A program made the position numbers and the translations under genes. 64,000 bases of DNA. Source: Gammaproteobacteria bacterium (lineage in GTDB: Bacteria > Pseudomonadota > Gammaproteobacteria > CAJXQU01). The stretch lies in contig OZ245018.1 of assembly GCA_965223825.1 (NCBI GenBank), forward strand, positions 1,097,032 to 1,161,031, in the 5' to 3' direction. The notes under the pieces are model-generated. The model saw only the letters and a list, made by a program, of their open reading frames with translations. It was not told where the DNA came from and made no database searches. Positions 1 through 8,981 of this stretch are shown one piece after another (position 1 is the stretch's first letter; every line of letters starts with the position of its first letter).

Positions 1-490
1 AACACGATTTCCGGATCAGTGGGAATTTCATACGAATCTTATGGAGAATATTGAAGCTGTAGATAACACTCTTTATTTCCATGATGGTAAGTGGTGGATG
101 TTCAACAGCATTCGCAAACAAAAAGGTGTTTCTATCGATAATGAGTTGTCTATTTTTTATGCTGACTCTCCCTTAAGTACAAACTGGACACCGCATCCAC
201 TAAATCCTGTGATCACAGATGTTCGTCGTGCTCGACCTGCGGGTCGCATTTATGAATATGAGGGCAAAATTATTCGTCCGTCGCAAGATGGCTCAGTTAG
301 GTACGGTTATGGTTTACGCTTGAACGAAATCGTAACGTTAACTGAAACCGATTACCAAGAAAGAGAAGTGGAATATATTGAGCCACTCTGGGATAAAAAA
401 GCTTTAGGCACGCATACGATCGCACATGAACATGAGCTTACGGTCATCGATGTGTTTGAATGGCGACCGCGTATGTTTCAACGAATCTAA
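1..490 (+). CDS. 3' portion of a hypothetical protein; the ORF is open to the window start
   Basis: Reading frame 2 is open from position 2 with no upstream stop, so the ATG at 41 listed in the ORF track is probably internal. The translation is rich in aromatic residues and Arg (YFHDGKWWMF, WTPHPLNPV). It lies next to a polysaccharide flippase, so a glycan-related role is plausible. I do not recognise the family. Confidence 0.4.
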   Translation, partial: TRFPDQWEFHTNLMENIEAVDNTLYFHDGKWWMFNSIRKQKGVSIDNELSIFYADSPLSTNWTPHPLNPVITDVRRARPAGRIYEYEGKIIRPSQDGSVRYGYGLRLNEIVTLTETDYQEREVEYIEPLWDKKALGTHTIAHEHELTVIDVFEWRPRMFQRI

Positions 491-538
491 CTTTTTCCTT
501 AAGCTTAATTTGCATACTGAATAATGCTGGATATTTTT

Positions 539-1891
539 TTACGCTTTGTTCATACGGCCAAATGGCAGTGGAATCAGGCCTAATTTTTTATAAACCCACC
601 AAGCGTAACAAGCCGTTAGTGTAATTAAACTAATAGCACTTGAGTATGCTGCGCCTTCAACCCCCAAACTCGGGATCAGTAAAAAGTTGAGTAAGACATT
701 TGCGAGCAAGCTATAAATAACCGCTTTTGCCGCTAGGGCTTCATTGCCAGTCATGGTTAGTAGTAATCCGACAGAACCTAAACCGCTGCTGATCACGGAG
801 CCAATGCACATGATGGCGAGCGTGGTTTTACCGGCTAAAAAGCTTTCGCCGAAAATTCCTAAAATTAAGTCACTACACGCGATCAATACGGCCGCGCTGG
901 GAATACTGATCAACAGAATAATACGCGTTGACTTGGTCAGAATATCTTGCAAGCCATCCATGTCCTTACTAGCATAAAGTGACGCAAATTTTGATGCGAT
1001 AACGGCATTGATCACGTTAATGGGTAGGACGATTAATTCTGCTCCACGTAAAGCCACAGTAAACACGCCGACATCTTCTATAGTCGCTAATTGACCGAGC
1101 ATAAGTGTTCTGATCTCACGGTTGACGACATGGATCGCACCGAGGAAAGACAGGATAAGGGCAGCTTTTAACCAACGATCTTTTTCAAAGTGTGGTTTTG
1201 CTGACTTTACTTCCGGAGGCAGGTTTTTCACTAAAATAACAATGCCCGCCGTGAACGCGCAAAGATAAGCGAAAACATTAAAGCTCATCACGATCTGCGG
1301 TTTGATCGAGTCTTTGAAAAATAAATAAGCGGTTAGTAGTAGCGCTGCATAAACAATGGGCCGAACTAGATCATCAGCAATTTGCCCGAGGGCCACTTTG
1401 TGCAAACCTTGCAGGGTGCCAGAGCGTAGAGCAGTCACTGCCATGAACGGTAAAAGAATTACAGCCACCCATAAAGATTGAACAATGTCAGTATTATGAT
1501 CGTCTTTTAGAAACCATGCGATCAACGCAGCGGTCGCTGCAAGGCTGATCGCGATACTGGCACTGGTGCGATTTCCCCAACGCAAAACACCACTTAAATA
1601 CGACCAGTTTTTATTTTTATGATTAACTGCAGTTTCGCGTAACAATAACCGGTCAATACCAAAAATCGAAATGATACTGAGTAAATTTATCCATGAAAGT
1701 GCGTACGCGTAAGTTCCGTACCCCTCTGCACCGAGCAAGCGTGCGAGCAGTACCGAAGTGACGAACGTCAAGCCCATTGCCGTGAGCTTGATCAGAAATG
1801 TTCGGTATGTCTCGATAAAAGACTTACCTTTCAACAAGGCGGAGAATTTCAATTTATGTTTTCGCATTACGGCGAGATTCATCGTTGCCAT
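539..1891 (-). CDS. polysaccharide biosynthesis protein / oligosaccharide flippase (Wzx/PST family, MOP superfamily)
   Basis: The 450 aa product is highly hydrophobic, with an estimated 12 or more TM segments. Its N-terminal region (KLTAMGLTFVTSVLLARLLGAEGYGTYAYALSWINLL) is typical of PST-family flippases. Confidence 0.6.
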   Translation of the reverse strand: MATMNLAVMRKHKLKFSALLKGKSFIETYRTFLIKLTAMGLTFVTSVLLARLLGAEGYGTYAYALSWINLLSIISIFGIDRLLLRETAVNHKNKNWSYLSGVLRWGNRTSASIAISLAATAALIAWFLKDDHNTDIVQSLWVAVILLPFMAVTALRSGTLQGLHKVALGQIADDLVRPIVYAALLLTAYLFFKDSIKPQIVMSFNVFAYLCAFTAGIVILVKNLPPEVKSAKPHFEKDRWLKAALILSFLGAIHVVNREIRTLMLGQLATIEDVGVFTVALRGAELIVLPINVINAVIASKFASLYASKDMDGLQDILTKSTRIILLISIPSAAVLIACSDLILGIFGESFLAGKTTLAIMCIGSVISSGLGSVGLLLTMTGNEALAAKAVIYSLLANVLLNFLLIPSLGVEGAAYSSAISLITLTACYAWWVYKKLGLIPLPFGRMNKA

Positions 1892-2249
1892 CTTACCGCT
1901 TATTTCCTTGACAATGATGCAAATGATATTGGTTCATTTATTAACTCTGACTTAATACATCCATGAATTCGATCCAATTTCGATCGACAAGTGAGTCGCA
2001 GCTTATGTGAACAATACATGAGTGAGAATATTGATCCTTCAATATACATCCGTAAGGTTGCGTCCCTTCCTCGACCAGAAGCCATGTCTTGGTCGTACGT
2101 TAAATTTATAGCGCTTAGTTATGTTTAAACTTTAGTTTTAAACAAACCTTGCCGCTAACACGTCTAACGAGCTAGCGTCGAGATGGCCAAAGATTTGCTT
2201 GTACTTTGATTACTTTGAACCACATCATCGAATGAAGGAATAACGTGAA

Positions 2250-2531
2250 ATGAAAACGTTTTTTATGATTACCTTGCTATCAATTGTTGGAATGGAAAGC
2301 GTTTCTGCTGACGTTTTATTACTTGAATCAATTCAGGCGAAGTCAGATCAACAAGCGGCGAGTTGGCCAGCCAAAGGGCGATCAAAAAACGCAGTTGAAG
2401 CGGCGTATGGTGCGCCAGTTAAGAAAGTCAGTGCGGTTGGAACACCGCCAATCAGTCGTTGGATATATAAAGATTTCACGGTGTATTTTGAATCCGAGCA
2501 TGTGATTCACTCTGTTGCGAACCGGGAGTAA
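2250..2531 (+). CDS. small secreted hypothetical protein (93 aa)
   Basis: It begins with an N-terminal signal peptide (MKTFFMITLLSIVGMESVSA). Of the two overlapping ORFs here it is the one with a plausible start. No family was recognised. Confidence 0.3.
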   Translation: MKTFFMITLLSIVGMESVSADVLLLESIQAKSDQQAASWPAKGRSKNAVEAAYGAPVKKVSAVGTPPISRWIYKDFTVYFESEHVIHSVANRE

Positions 2532-2551
2532 AAACCGAAACGACGGGTGAT

Positions 2552-3409
2552 CTATTGTTGAGACAACGTTCTTCTTGGAGGTGGTTTAGCATCCAGCTCG
2601 ATGTATTCGTGACCATTAAAGATGAGGAAATGACGGCCTTTTGCGCGTGCGATTAGTGTTACTCCCGTTTGTTTTGCTAGATCAAGTCCCATTTGTGTCA
2701 TGCCTGATCGTGACAACAAAACAGAAATACCCATCTGTGTGACTTTGATAACCATCTCAGAGGTGAGTCGTCCGGTGGTGTAGAAAATCTTATTTTCTCC
2801 CGTGACTCCATTCAGCCACATATTTCCCGCGATCGCATCAACGGCATTATGGCGACCAACATCTTCAATAAAATCAATGATCTGATCACCATCACACAAC
2901 GCACAACCATGCACGGCACCGGCATTCTTATACACTTCATTGTAGTTGGAAATATTTTTTAACAGTGCATAAAGTGCTGATTGCTTGATGTTGATCGGTT
3001 GAAGTTTGAGCTTATCAATTTCTTGCATGATGTCGCCGAAGACAGTGCCTTGGCCGCATCCTGTTGTTACGGTGCGTTTTGCAAGTTTTTCTTCAACGTT
3101 CTTTTGTGCATGTTCAAAACGGGTAACAGCAACGGCTTGTGTTTCCCAATCGACTTGAATGGATTCGATTTCAGACAAGTTGGTGACGAGGTTTTGGTTC
3201 TTCAAGTAGCCGAGTGTGAGTGCTTCTGGTTGGCCACCGATGGTCATCAACGTAACGATTTCTCGACGATCAAGATAGATTGTTAGCGGAAATTCACCTG
3301 CGATGGCCGTCTCGATTTGATCGCCATATTCATTAATAGCCGTTGTTGGGCAGGTTGGGCTGCGACCAGCTTGAGTCAGTTTAGGTCGATAAGTTATCTG
3401 ATCAGCCAC
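2552..3409 (-). CDS. fdhD: formate dehydrogenase accessory sulfurtransferase FdhD
   Basis: The 285 aa product carries a GRHNAVDAIAG motif and a C-terminal GISVLLSRSGMTQMGLDLAKQTGVTLIARAKG segment, both typical of FdhD. Its start overlaps the moaA stop by 8 nt. Confidence 0.8.
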   Translation of the reverse strand: MADQITYRPKLTQAGRSPTCPTTAINEYGDQIETAIAGEFPLTIYLDRREIVTLMTIGGQPEALTLGYLKNQNLVTNLSEIESIQVDWETQAVAVTRFEHAQKNVEEKLAKRTVTTGCGQGTVFGDIMQEIDKLKLQPINIKQSALYALLKNISNYNEVYKNAGAVHGCALCDGDQIIDFIEDVGRHNAVDAIAGNMWLNGVTGENKIFYTTGRLTSEMVIKVTQMGISVLLSRSGMTQMGLDLAKQTGVTLIARAKGRHFLIFNGHEYIELDAKPPPRRTLSQQ

Positions 3410-4403
3410 CCGTATGGCTCATGTGACGGAAGATAATGGGTTTGGCTGTAACTTTAAAGTCATGTCCTTCTGGTTTGATTTTCATGGCTTGAATGATGGT
3501 TTCTTTTAAACGATCTATATCGCCCGGATGTGCACGTAAGACCTTTCGCAGATCAACAGAATGTTCTTGGCCTAAGCAAAGCAGAAGGCGACCTTCTGCC
3601 GTTACGCGCACACGATTACAGCTCGAGCAAAAATTGTGGCTGTGCGGAGAAATAAACCCGACGCGTGTCTGTGTATTTGGAATACGCATGTAACGTGACG
3701 GACCACCGGTGTTTTCCGTGGATGCCAGTAAGTCGAAGTGATTGTTTAGATCAGCTTCGATTTCATCACTGGAGTAGTAGGCTTCAGCGCGATCGTGATC
3801 GGTGGTTTCACCGAGAGGCATCTCTTCGATAAAGCTGATATCGAGTTGTTTTTCAATGGCAAAATTGACCAGATCGACGACTTCGTCGTGGTTACGGTTT
3901 TTTAAAATCACGCTATTCAATTTGATCTTTTCAAACCCAACTGCGCGAGCCGCTTCAATCCCGTCGAGTACTTTATCCAATTTGCCGACACGAGTGAGAG
4001 CGGTGAAGCGATCGGCTTTGAGTGAATCAAGGCTAATATTAATCCGTTTTACGCCAGCGTTTTTAAGATCTTGTGCCATGTGTGGCAGTTGGGAACCATT
4101 AGTGGTGAGGACTAACTCATCGACTTGCGGCAGTTGTCCGATCGATTGGAACAGTTGCAGTACGTTTTTTCTTACCAGCGGCTCACCGCCGGTCAGCCTG
4201 ATCTTATTTACATTCAATTCAGCAAATGCACGTGCGACTTGGGCAAGTTCTTCTAAAGTGAGGATGCGTGCGCGCGGGACGAACTGCATGTCTTCGCTCA
4301 TACAATAGACGCAACGGAAGTCGCATCTGTCAGTTACCGATAAGCGAACGTAATTTACAGTGCGCCCGAACGAATCGACGAGTTTTGTTTCTGTGTGATT
4401 CAT
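3402..4403 (-). CDS. moaA: GTP 3',8-cyclase MoaA (radical SAM, molybdenum cofactor biosynthesis)
   Basis: The radical-SAM CDFRCVYCM motif is near the N-terminus. Also present are the C-terminal auxiliary-cluster cysteines (CSSCNRVRVT) and the terminal GG. Length is 333 aa. Confidence 0.85.
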   Translation of the reverse strand: MNHTETKLVDSFGRTVNYVRLSVTDRCDFRCVYCMSEDMQFVPRARILTLEELAQVARAFAELNVNKIRLTGGEPLVRKNVLQLFQSIGQLPQVDELVLTTNGSQLPHMAQDLKNAGVKRINISLDSLKADRFTALTRVGKLDKVLDGIEAARAVGFEKIKLNSVILKNRNHDEVVDLVNFAIEKQLDISFIEEMPLGETTDHDRAEAYYSSDEIEADLNNHFDLLASTENTGGPSRYMRIPNTQTRVGFISPHSHNFCSSCNRVRVTAEGRLLLCLGQEHSVDLRKVLRAHPGDIDRLKETIIQAMKIKPEGHDFKVTAKPIIFRHMSHTGG

Positions 4404-4587
4404 AATGAAACAGTATATCTTATCCTGACGCTGGAACAGAAGGTCTTAAAGTAAGTGGCAGCGGCTTGACATGCCCAAGGTCTTTGGTCAGTCTTGATGG
4501 CACTGTGGCTGGTCACCACATAAAGTATAAAAACGAAATAATTAAAAAAATAATATCTAAAATACAAATGTTAAAGAGGAGTTATCG

Positions 4588-6291
4588 ATGGCGGGTTTAC
4601 TTTCCAAGGCGCATATCGTCGCCAAGCCGGGTTTTAATCGTTGGTTGATCGCCCCAGCGGCGCTCGGCATACATTTATGTATCGGGTCAGTTTATGCGTG
4701 GAGTTTGTTTAACCCTGCTTTGATCAAACGTGTCGGTATTGTTACGAGTGCTGCTGACGATTGGTCTTTAAAGAGTGTTGTTTGGATTTTTACCGTTGCC
4801 ATTGTCTTTCTCGGTTTATCTGCAGCAATCGCTGGAAAGTGGCTTGAAAAGGTCGGACCGCGCATGGTGGGGACCGTCGCCGCTTTTTGTTGGGGCGGTG
4901 GGTTTTTGGTTGGCGGGTTAGGCATTATGACCGGCAATCTTTGGTTGCTGTATCTTGGCTACGGTGTGATCGGCGGTTGTGGTTTAGGGTTAGGTTATGT
5001 GTCACCGGTGAGTACGCTGATCCGCTGGTTTCCTGATCGGCGCGGTATGGCTACGGGAATTGCGATCATGGGTTTTGGTGGCGGCGCTATGCTCGCGAAA
5101 TTTCTGATCGGACCGATGATTTCTTTTTTCTACAAAGCGCCGGAGTACCTAGGTACAGCGGATACGATCAACCTTGTTACAGAAGGTGGTCGTCGCATGG
5201 CGGAAATCGGTGGAAGTTTGAAAGAAGTGGTCGTGATCGGTGCAAATGACGTGGCCAAAATGCTCGTTCCTGGACCAGAAGGGGTTTATGCGATCGGTAC
5301 GGGAACGGTTGGCGTGGCAGAAACATTTTTTACACTGGGTGTGGTGTACTTCGTGATCATGCTGATCGCGGCATTTTCTTATCGAGTTCCTGCAGAAGGT
5401 TGGACACCCGCAGGCTGGACGCCACCGAAAGAAGCTGCAACACACGGAATGATCACACAACACCATGTGCATATTGATCAAGCATTGAAAACGCCGCAAT
5501 TTTATCAGCTTTGGTTGATGCTTTGCTTAAACGTGACGGCGGGTATTGGTGTGATTTCAGTGGCTAAAACGATGGTTACGGAAATCTTCGGATCAACGTT
5601 GCCGGATATTGTTGATCTGGAATTTGCTGCAACTTACGTGATGATGCTCAGTTTGTTCAATATGGTCGGGCGTTTTTTCTGGGCAAGCACATCGGATTTT
5701 ATCGGTCGGAAAATGACTTACTTCATATTCTTTGGTCTCGGCATATTACTTTACACGTCCATTCCGTTTATTGCCCAGCAAGTTAGCGTGACACCCGCAG
5801 TGATGTGGTTAGTGCTCTTCTATGGTGTGACGATGATCATCTTCACTATGTACGGCGGTGGTTTCGCAACGATTCCAGCTTATCTTGCGGATATCTTTGG
5901 AACAAAATATGTCGGTGGTATTCATGGTCGATTGTTAACTGCTTGGAGTACTGCTGGTGTGCTAGGGCCATTAGCGATCACATCGTTGCGTGAAAGCTCA
6001 GTGAATAAAGCGATTCAAGGATTGGTAGATAAGATCGATCCTGCTGCATTCGAGGCGAAATTTGGTGCAGGTGTTGATCAACTTTCCCAATTAGTCGAAG
6101 CAAATACGGTCTCTATTGCAAAATTACTTGAAATTGCACCGGCAGGCACGTTGGACCCGACGCCGAGTCTTTACAATCAAACCATGTATCTGATGGCAGC
6201 CCTGTTGTTAATCGCGTTGATAGCGAATGCCTTAATGCGTCCTGTTCATCCAAAACACCATATGACGGAAGAGCAGCTGCGAGAGGTCTAA
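4588..6291 (+). CDS. MFS transporter, oxalate/formate antiporter (OFA) family, with unusually long loops (567 aa)
   Basis: The N-terminus is OFA-type (WLIAPAALGIHLCIGSVYAWSLF), and about 12 hydrophobic helices are present. Soluble insertions of roughly 60-70 aa sit between the helices. The gene is divergent from moaA-fdhD. Confidence 0.7.
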   Translation: MAGLLSKAHIVAKPGFNRWLIAPAALGIHLCIGSVYAWSLFNPALIKRVGIVTSAADDWSLKSVVWIFTVAIVFLGLSAAIAGKWLEKVGPRMVGTVAAFCWGGGFLVGGLGIMTGNLWLLYLGYGVIGGCGLGLGYVSPVSTLIRWFPDRRGMATGIAIMGFGGGAMLAKFLIGPMISFFYKAPEYLGTADTINLVTEGGRRMAEIGGSLKEVVVIGANDVAKMLVPGPEGVYAIGTGTVGVAETFFTLGVVYFVIMLIAAFSYRVPAEGWTPAGWTPPKEAATHGMITQHHVHIDQALKTPQFYQLWLMLCLNVTAGIGVISVAKTMVTEIFGSTLPDIVDLEFAATYVMMLSLFNMVGRFFWASTSDFIGRKMTYFIFFGLGILLYTSIPFIAQQVSVTPAVMWLVLFYGVTMIIFTMYGGGFATIPAYLADIFGTKYVGGIHGRLLTAWSTAGVLGPLAITSLRESSVNKAIQGLVDKIDPAAFEAKFGAGVDQLSQLVEANTVSIAKLLEIAPAGTLDPTPSLYNQTMYLMAALLLIALIANALMRPVHPKHHMTEEQLREV

Positions 6292-6298
6292 TCAAATT

Positions 6299-6345
6299 AC
6301 TCCTCCTGACCTTGAGGGGGAGTAATAATTTTGTGTGTTGTTGTT
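6299..6345 (+). terminator. putative rho-independent terminator after the OFA transporter gene
   Basis: An imperfect hairpin (tactcctcc ... ggagggggagta) is followed by T-rich sequence (taattttgtgtgttgttgtttt). Confidence 0.4.
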
Positions 6346-6399
6346 TTCTATATTGTTCAGAGGTACAGCGAATATCAGCAAACAGGCAAGGAGCGGCGT

Positions 6400-7212
6400 A
6401 TGCGAGATTTACTTGTTTTTATTATAGTTGGATTCGTTAGCGTGACATGGGCCCATGCTAAAGAAACTCAATCCAAGATAGATGTATGGGAATCGATTAT
6501 TCGGCCACACCATTTTAAAGCAAGGGACATACAGGAAGGGCAGTCTGTTGTGGTGCTGATCACGCCGCACCGTGCTGAAGATGCGACGGTTGTTCCGATC
6601 AGCATCAATGCACAGTTTCCACAAACAGATAATCGCTACATAAAAACACTCTACCTCTTCGCGGATAACAACCCTGCACCGTTGGCAGGCACATTTCACC
6701 TCACGCCTGAAATGGGGCGAGCAGATTTATCAATGCGTATTCGTATTGATCAATATACCAATGTTCGAGTAATTGCTGAATTGAATTCGGGTGAGCTGTA
6801 TATGGATTCAAAATTTGTTCGCGCTAGCGGAGGCTGTTCATTACCGCCACCATTTCTTAAGCTTGAAGAGGCGAAAGCGAATATTGGTAAGATGAAGTTC
6901 AGAACACTCAGTAGCGACAGTCATGATAATCAATTGGCACAATTGCAGATCAGTCATCCAAACGTCAACGGTTTACAGCTTGATCAGCGTACACGCAGCA
7001 TTATTCCGGCTGATTTTGTCACACAGGTAAAGATCCGTTTTAATGACCAACCGATTATGAGGGCTGAAACAGATATTTCGATCAGTCACGATCCTAGTTT
7101 TCGTTTCTTTTTTAATCCACTTACGGCGGGCGAATTGACTGCTGAAATGCAAGATTCAAAAGGCCGATCTTTCATTAAATCCTTTCAAGTAAAAGCCCCT
7201 GAGAAACCCTGA
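6400..7212 (+). CDS. fused SoxY/SoxZ-like periplasmic carrier protein (possibly the quinoprotein-dehydrogenase-associated SoxYZ-like family)
   Basis: An ATG at 6400 is preceded by an aggag RBS, and a signal peptide follows (MRDLLVFIIVGFVSVTWAHA). A mid-protein ASGGCSLPP motif resembles the SoxY GGCGG carrier cysteine and is followed by a second beta-rich half. The family assignment is from memory, not a search. Confidence 0.45.
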   Translation: MRDLLVFIIVGFVSVTWAHAKETQSKIDVWESIIRPHHFKARDIQEGQSVVVLITPHRAEDATVVPISINAQFPQTDNRYIKTLYLFADNNPAPLAGTFHLTPEMGRADLSMRIRIDQYTNVRVIAELNSGELYMDSKFVRASGGCSLPPPFLKLEEAKANIGKMKFRTLSSDSHDNQLAQLQISHPNVNGLQLDQRTRSIIPADFVTQVKIRFNDQPIMRAETDISISHDPSFRFFFNPLTAGELTAEMQDSKGRSFIKSFQVKAPEKP

Positions 7213-7352
7213 TTAGCGGGACTTGAAACACTATCCAAAAAAAGGCAGTATTGATCGTGATCACAGTCTGACACTCTTTAACATTTTGACTGTGTGAATC
7301 TCACGACATACTAAAATTAGATCGTTTCAAGAATTCCTTATAGGGGGGAGCA

Positions 7353-8981
7353 ATGAGCAGATTTTTGACAATTTTGCTCGGCTTGATCGCATTAGGCTTA
7401 TTAGCCTTTTTTTGCATCAAACATCACTCACCTGAGATTGAAACCGATCTGGTCAACCGAACCCAACAGGCACTCACACAACAAGACAGTACGTTTGCAA
7501 CAGTGAGTACAGATGGGCGAGAACTGGTTCTGACTGGGCAGGCGCCCGATCAGGCTGCCAAGGATCGGGCTGGCGAGATCGCACGCAATGTCAGAGGTGT
7601 GAGAACAGTCGACAACCAACTAAGCATCGCATCCGTCACCGCGATAGCACCAACAGAGGCTGAAGTTGAGCCGCAAACCGTAGAATCTCAGCCGACGGCT
7701 GCTCCAGAAGAACCTGAAATTTATACCGATTATATCGTTCAGGAACCGCAACCATTGGATACGCAACCTGCGATGAGTTACCCAGACGCGTTACGTCCTT
7801 ACAGAACAGAGATATTTGCAGAAGATGGCAAGATTACTCTCAAAGGCCATGTCGCGGACCTCTCGTCAAAGTTGTGGTTGGTCGAAAAAGCGAAATCAAC
7901 TTACGGTGAAGAAAATGTCATCGATGAATTGACAGTAGCCTATGGCGCACCACAAGGCTGGCATACGACAGCAGGAGCAGTTCTAGGCTATGTGGGAGGT
8001 CTAACGAATGGTAAGGCGATCTTGACGGACTCTGAGTTACTGTTGTCTGGTCATGCTCCATCTATGCGCGTGGCTGAACAGACAAAAACAGACGTACAAG
8101 AAAACATTGATGTTGCTTTTACGAGTACGTTGGATATAACTGCCGATGAAGTAGAGCCAGTGCCGGAGTATATCGTGAGCGAGCCGCAACCATTGGATGG
8201 TGAGCCTGCAATGACGATGCCGAATACAGCAACTGATTATGAGACGAAGATTGGCTATTCAGGCGGGAAAGTAACACTTATCGGAAGTGTGCCTGATCAA
8301 TCAGCACATATCTGGATCAGCGAGCTGGCCCAAAAACAATACGGCGCAGATAACATTGATGATCAGCTTTCTGTGCGCTACGGCGCGCCGCAGGGCTGGC
8401 ATGCGTCAGCTCGTGCGGCATTAAGTCAGATCTCTGTCTTAAACATCGGCGATGCAACGTTATCGGGGCAAAAGCTGCATGTTATGGGTGAAGCCGAGTC
8501 GGACGCGATCAAACGTCAGGTTGAACAAACGATTGAACGTGCTGTGACTGATTATCAGACGGAGTACACGATATCTGTACCTGTACCCACTGAGCCTGAA
8601 CCTGTTGTTGCGCCGATGTTGTCTTGCCAAGAAAAGTTTAATCAGGAGCTCGCAGGTAAGAAAATCCTCTTCAATACCGATGAGGCCATCATTAACCCGG
8701 AAAGTTATCCTTTGTTGAATCGATTGGTGGATGTAGCGAAAGCTTGTCCTAAATCTGCGTTAGAAATCGCAGGCCATACCGACGATAGAGGGCCGGAAGT
8801 TTATAACCAATGGTTAAGTGAAATACGGGCGAAAGCCGTTGTATCGTACCTGAAAGAACAGGGTGTGACGAACACACTTAACGGTGTTGGCTATGGTGAA
8901 CTGAAACCGATCGCGGATAACAGTACACCAGATGGCATGGCGAAAAATCGACGTATTGAATTTAACGTTCAGGGGAATTGA
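7353..8981 (+). CDS. membrane-anchored BON-repeat protein with a C-terminal OmpA-like peptidoglycan-binding domain
   Basis: There is an N-terminal TM helix and a BON-like motif (VRGVRTVDNQLSI). Two internal repeats of about 130 aa follow (QEPQPLDTQPAMSYPDA...AYGAPQGWHTTAGA and SEPQPLDGEPAMTMPNT...RYGAPQGWHASARA). The C-terminal OmpA_C motifs are NTDEAIINPESY, IAGHTDDRG and NRRIEF. Confidence 0.7.
   Translation: MSRFLTILLGLIALGLLAFFCIKHHSPEIETDLVNRTQQALTQQDSTFATVSTDGRELVLTGQAPDQAAKDRAGEIARNVRGVRTVDNQLSIASVTAIAPTEAEVEPQTVESQPTAAPEEPEIYTDYIVQEPQPLDTQPAMSYPDALRPYRTEIFAEDGKITLKGHVADLSSKLWLVEKAKSTYGEENVIDELTVAYGAPQGWHTTAGAVLGYVGGLTNGKAILTDSELLLSGHAPSMRVAEQTKTDVQENIDVAFTSTLDITADEVEPVPEYIVSEPQPLDGEPAMTMPNTATDYETKIGYSGGKVTLIGSVPDQSAHIWISELAQKQYGADNIDDQLSVRYGAPQGWHASARAALSQISVLNIGDATLSGQKLHVMGEAESDAIKRQVEQTIERAVTDYQTEYTISVPVPTEPEPVVAPMLSCQEKFNQELAGKKILFNTDEAIINPESYPLLNRLVDVAKACPKSALEIAGHTDDRGPEVYNQWLSEIRAKAVVSYLKEQGVTNTLNGVGYGELKPIADNSTPDGMAKNRRIEFNVQGN

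Noticed and set aside
2080-2160. AT-rich palindromic stretch (gtttaaactttagttttaaac) in the 360 nt gap between the flippase and the small ORF
   Set aside because: GTTTAAAC is self-complementary, and the region is simply an AT-rich divergent promoter zone. There are no flanking direct repeats, no transposase, and nothing suggesting an IS end or an integration scar.
2284-2505. 73 aa ORF overlapping the 2250-2531 ORF in another frame
   Set aside because: It is highly basic and low-complexity (KRRVGQPKGDQKTQLKRRMVRQLRK), has no signal or RBS context, and sits entirely inside the alternative ORF that has a proper signal peptide.
3802-4308. 168 aa plus-strand ORF antisense to moaA
   Set aside because: It has a Ser/Arg-rich, low-complexity translation and lies fully inside a well-supported radical-SAM gene on the other strand. 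This is a typical spurious antisense ORF.
4404-4587. Possible Moco riboswitch upstream of moaA (minus strand)
   Set aside because: Moco riboswitches are known upstream of moaA in other bacteria. I could not recognise the conserved Moco-RNA helices by eye in this 185 nt AT-rich region, so it is reported only as a check under the formate-module finding.
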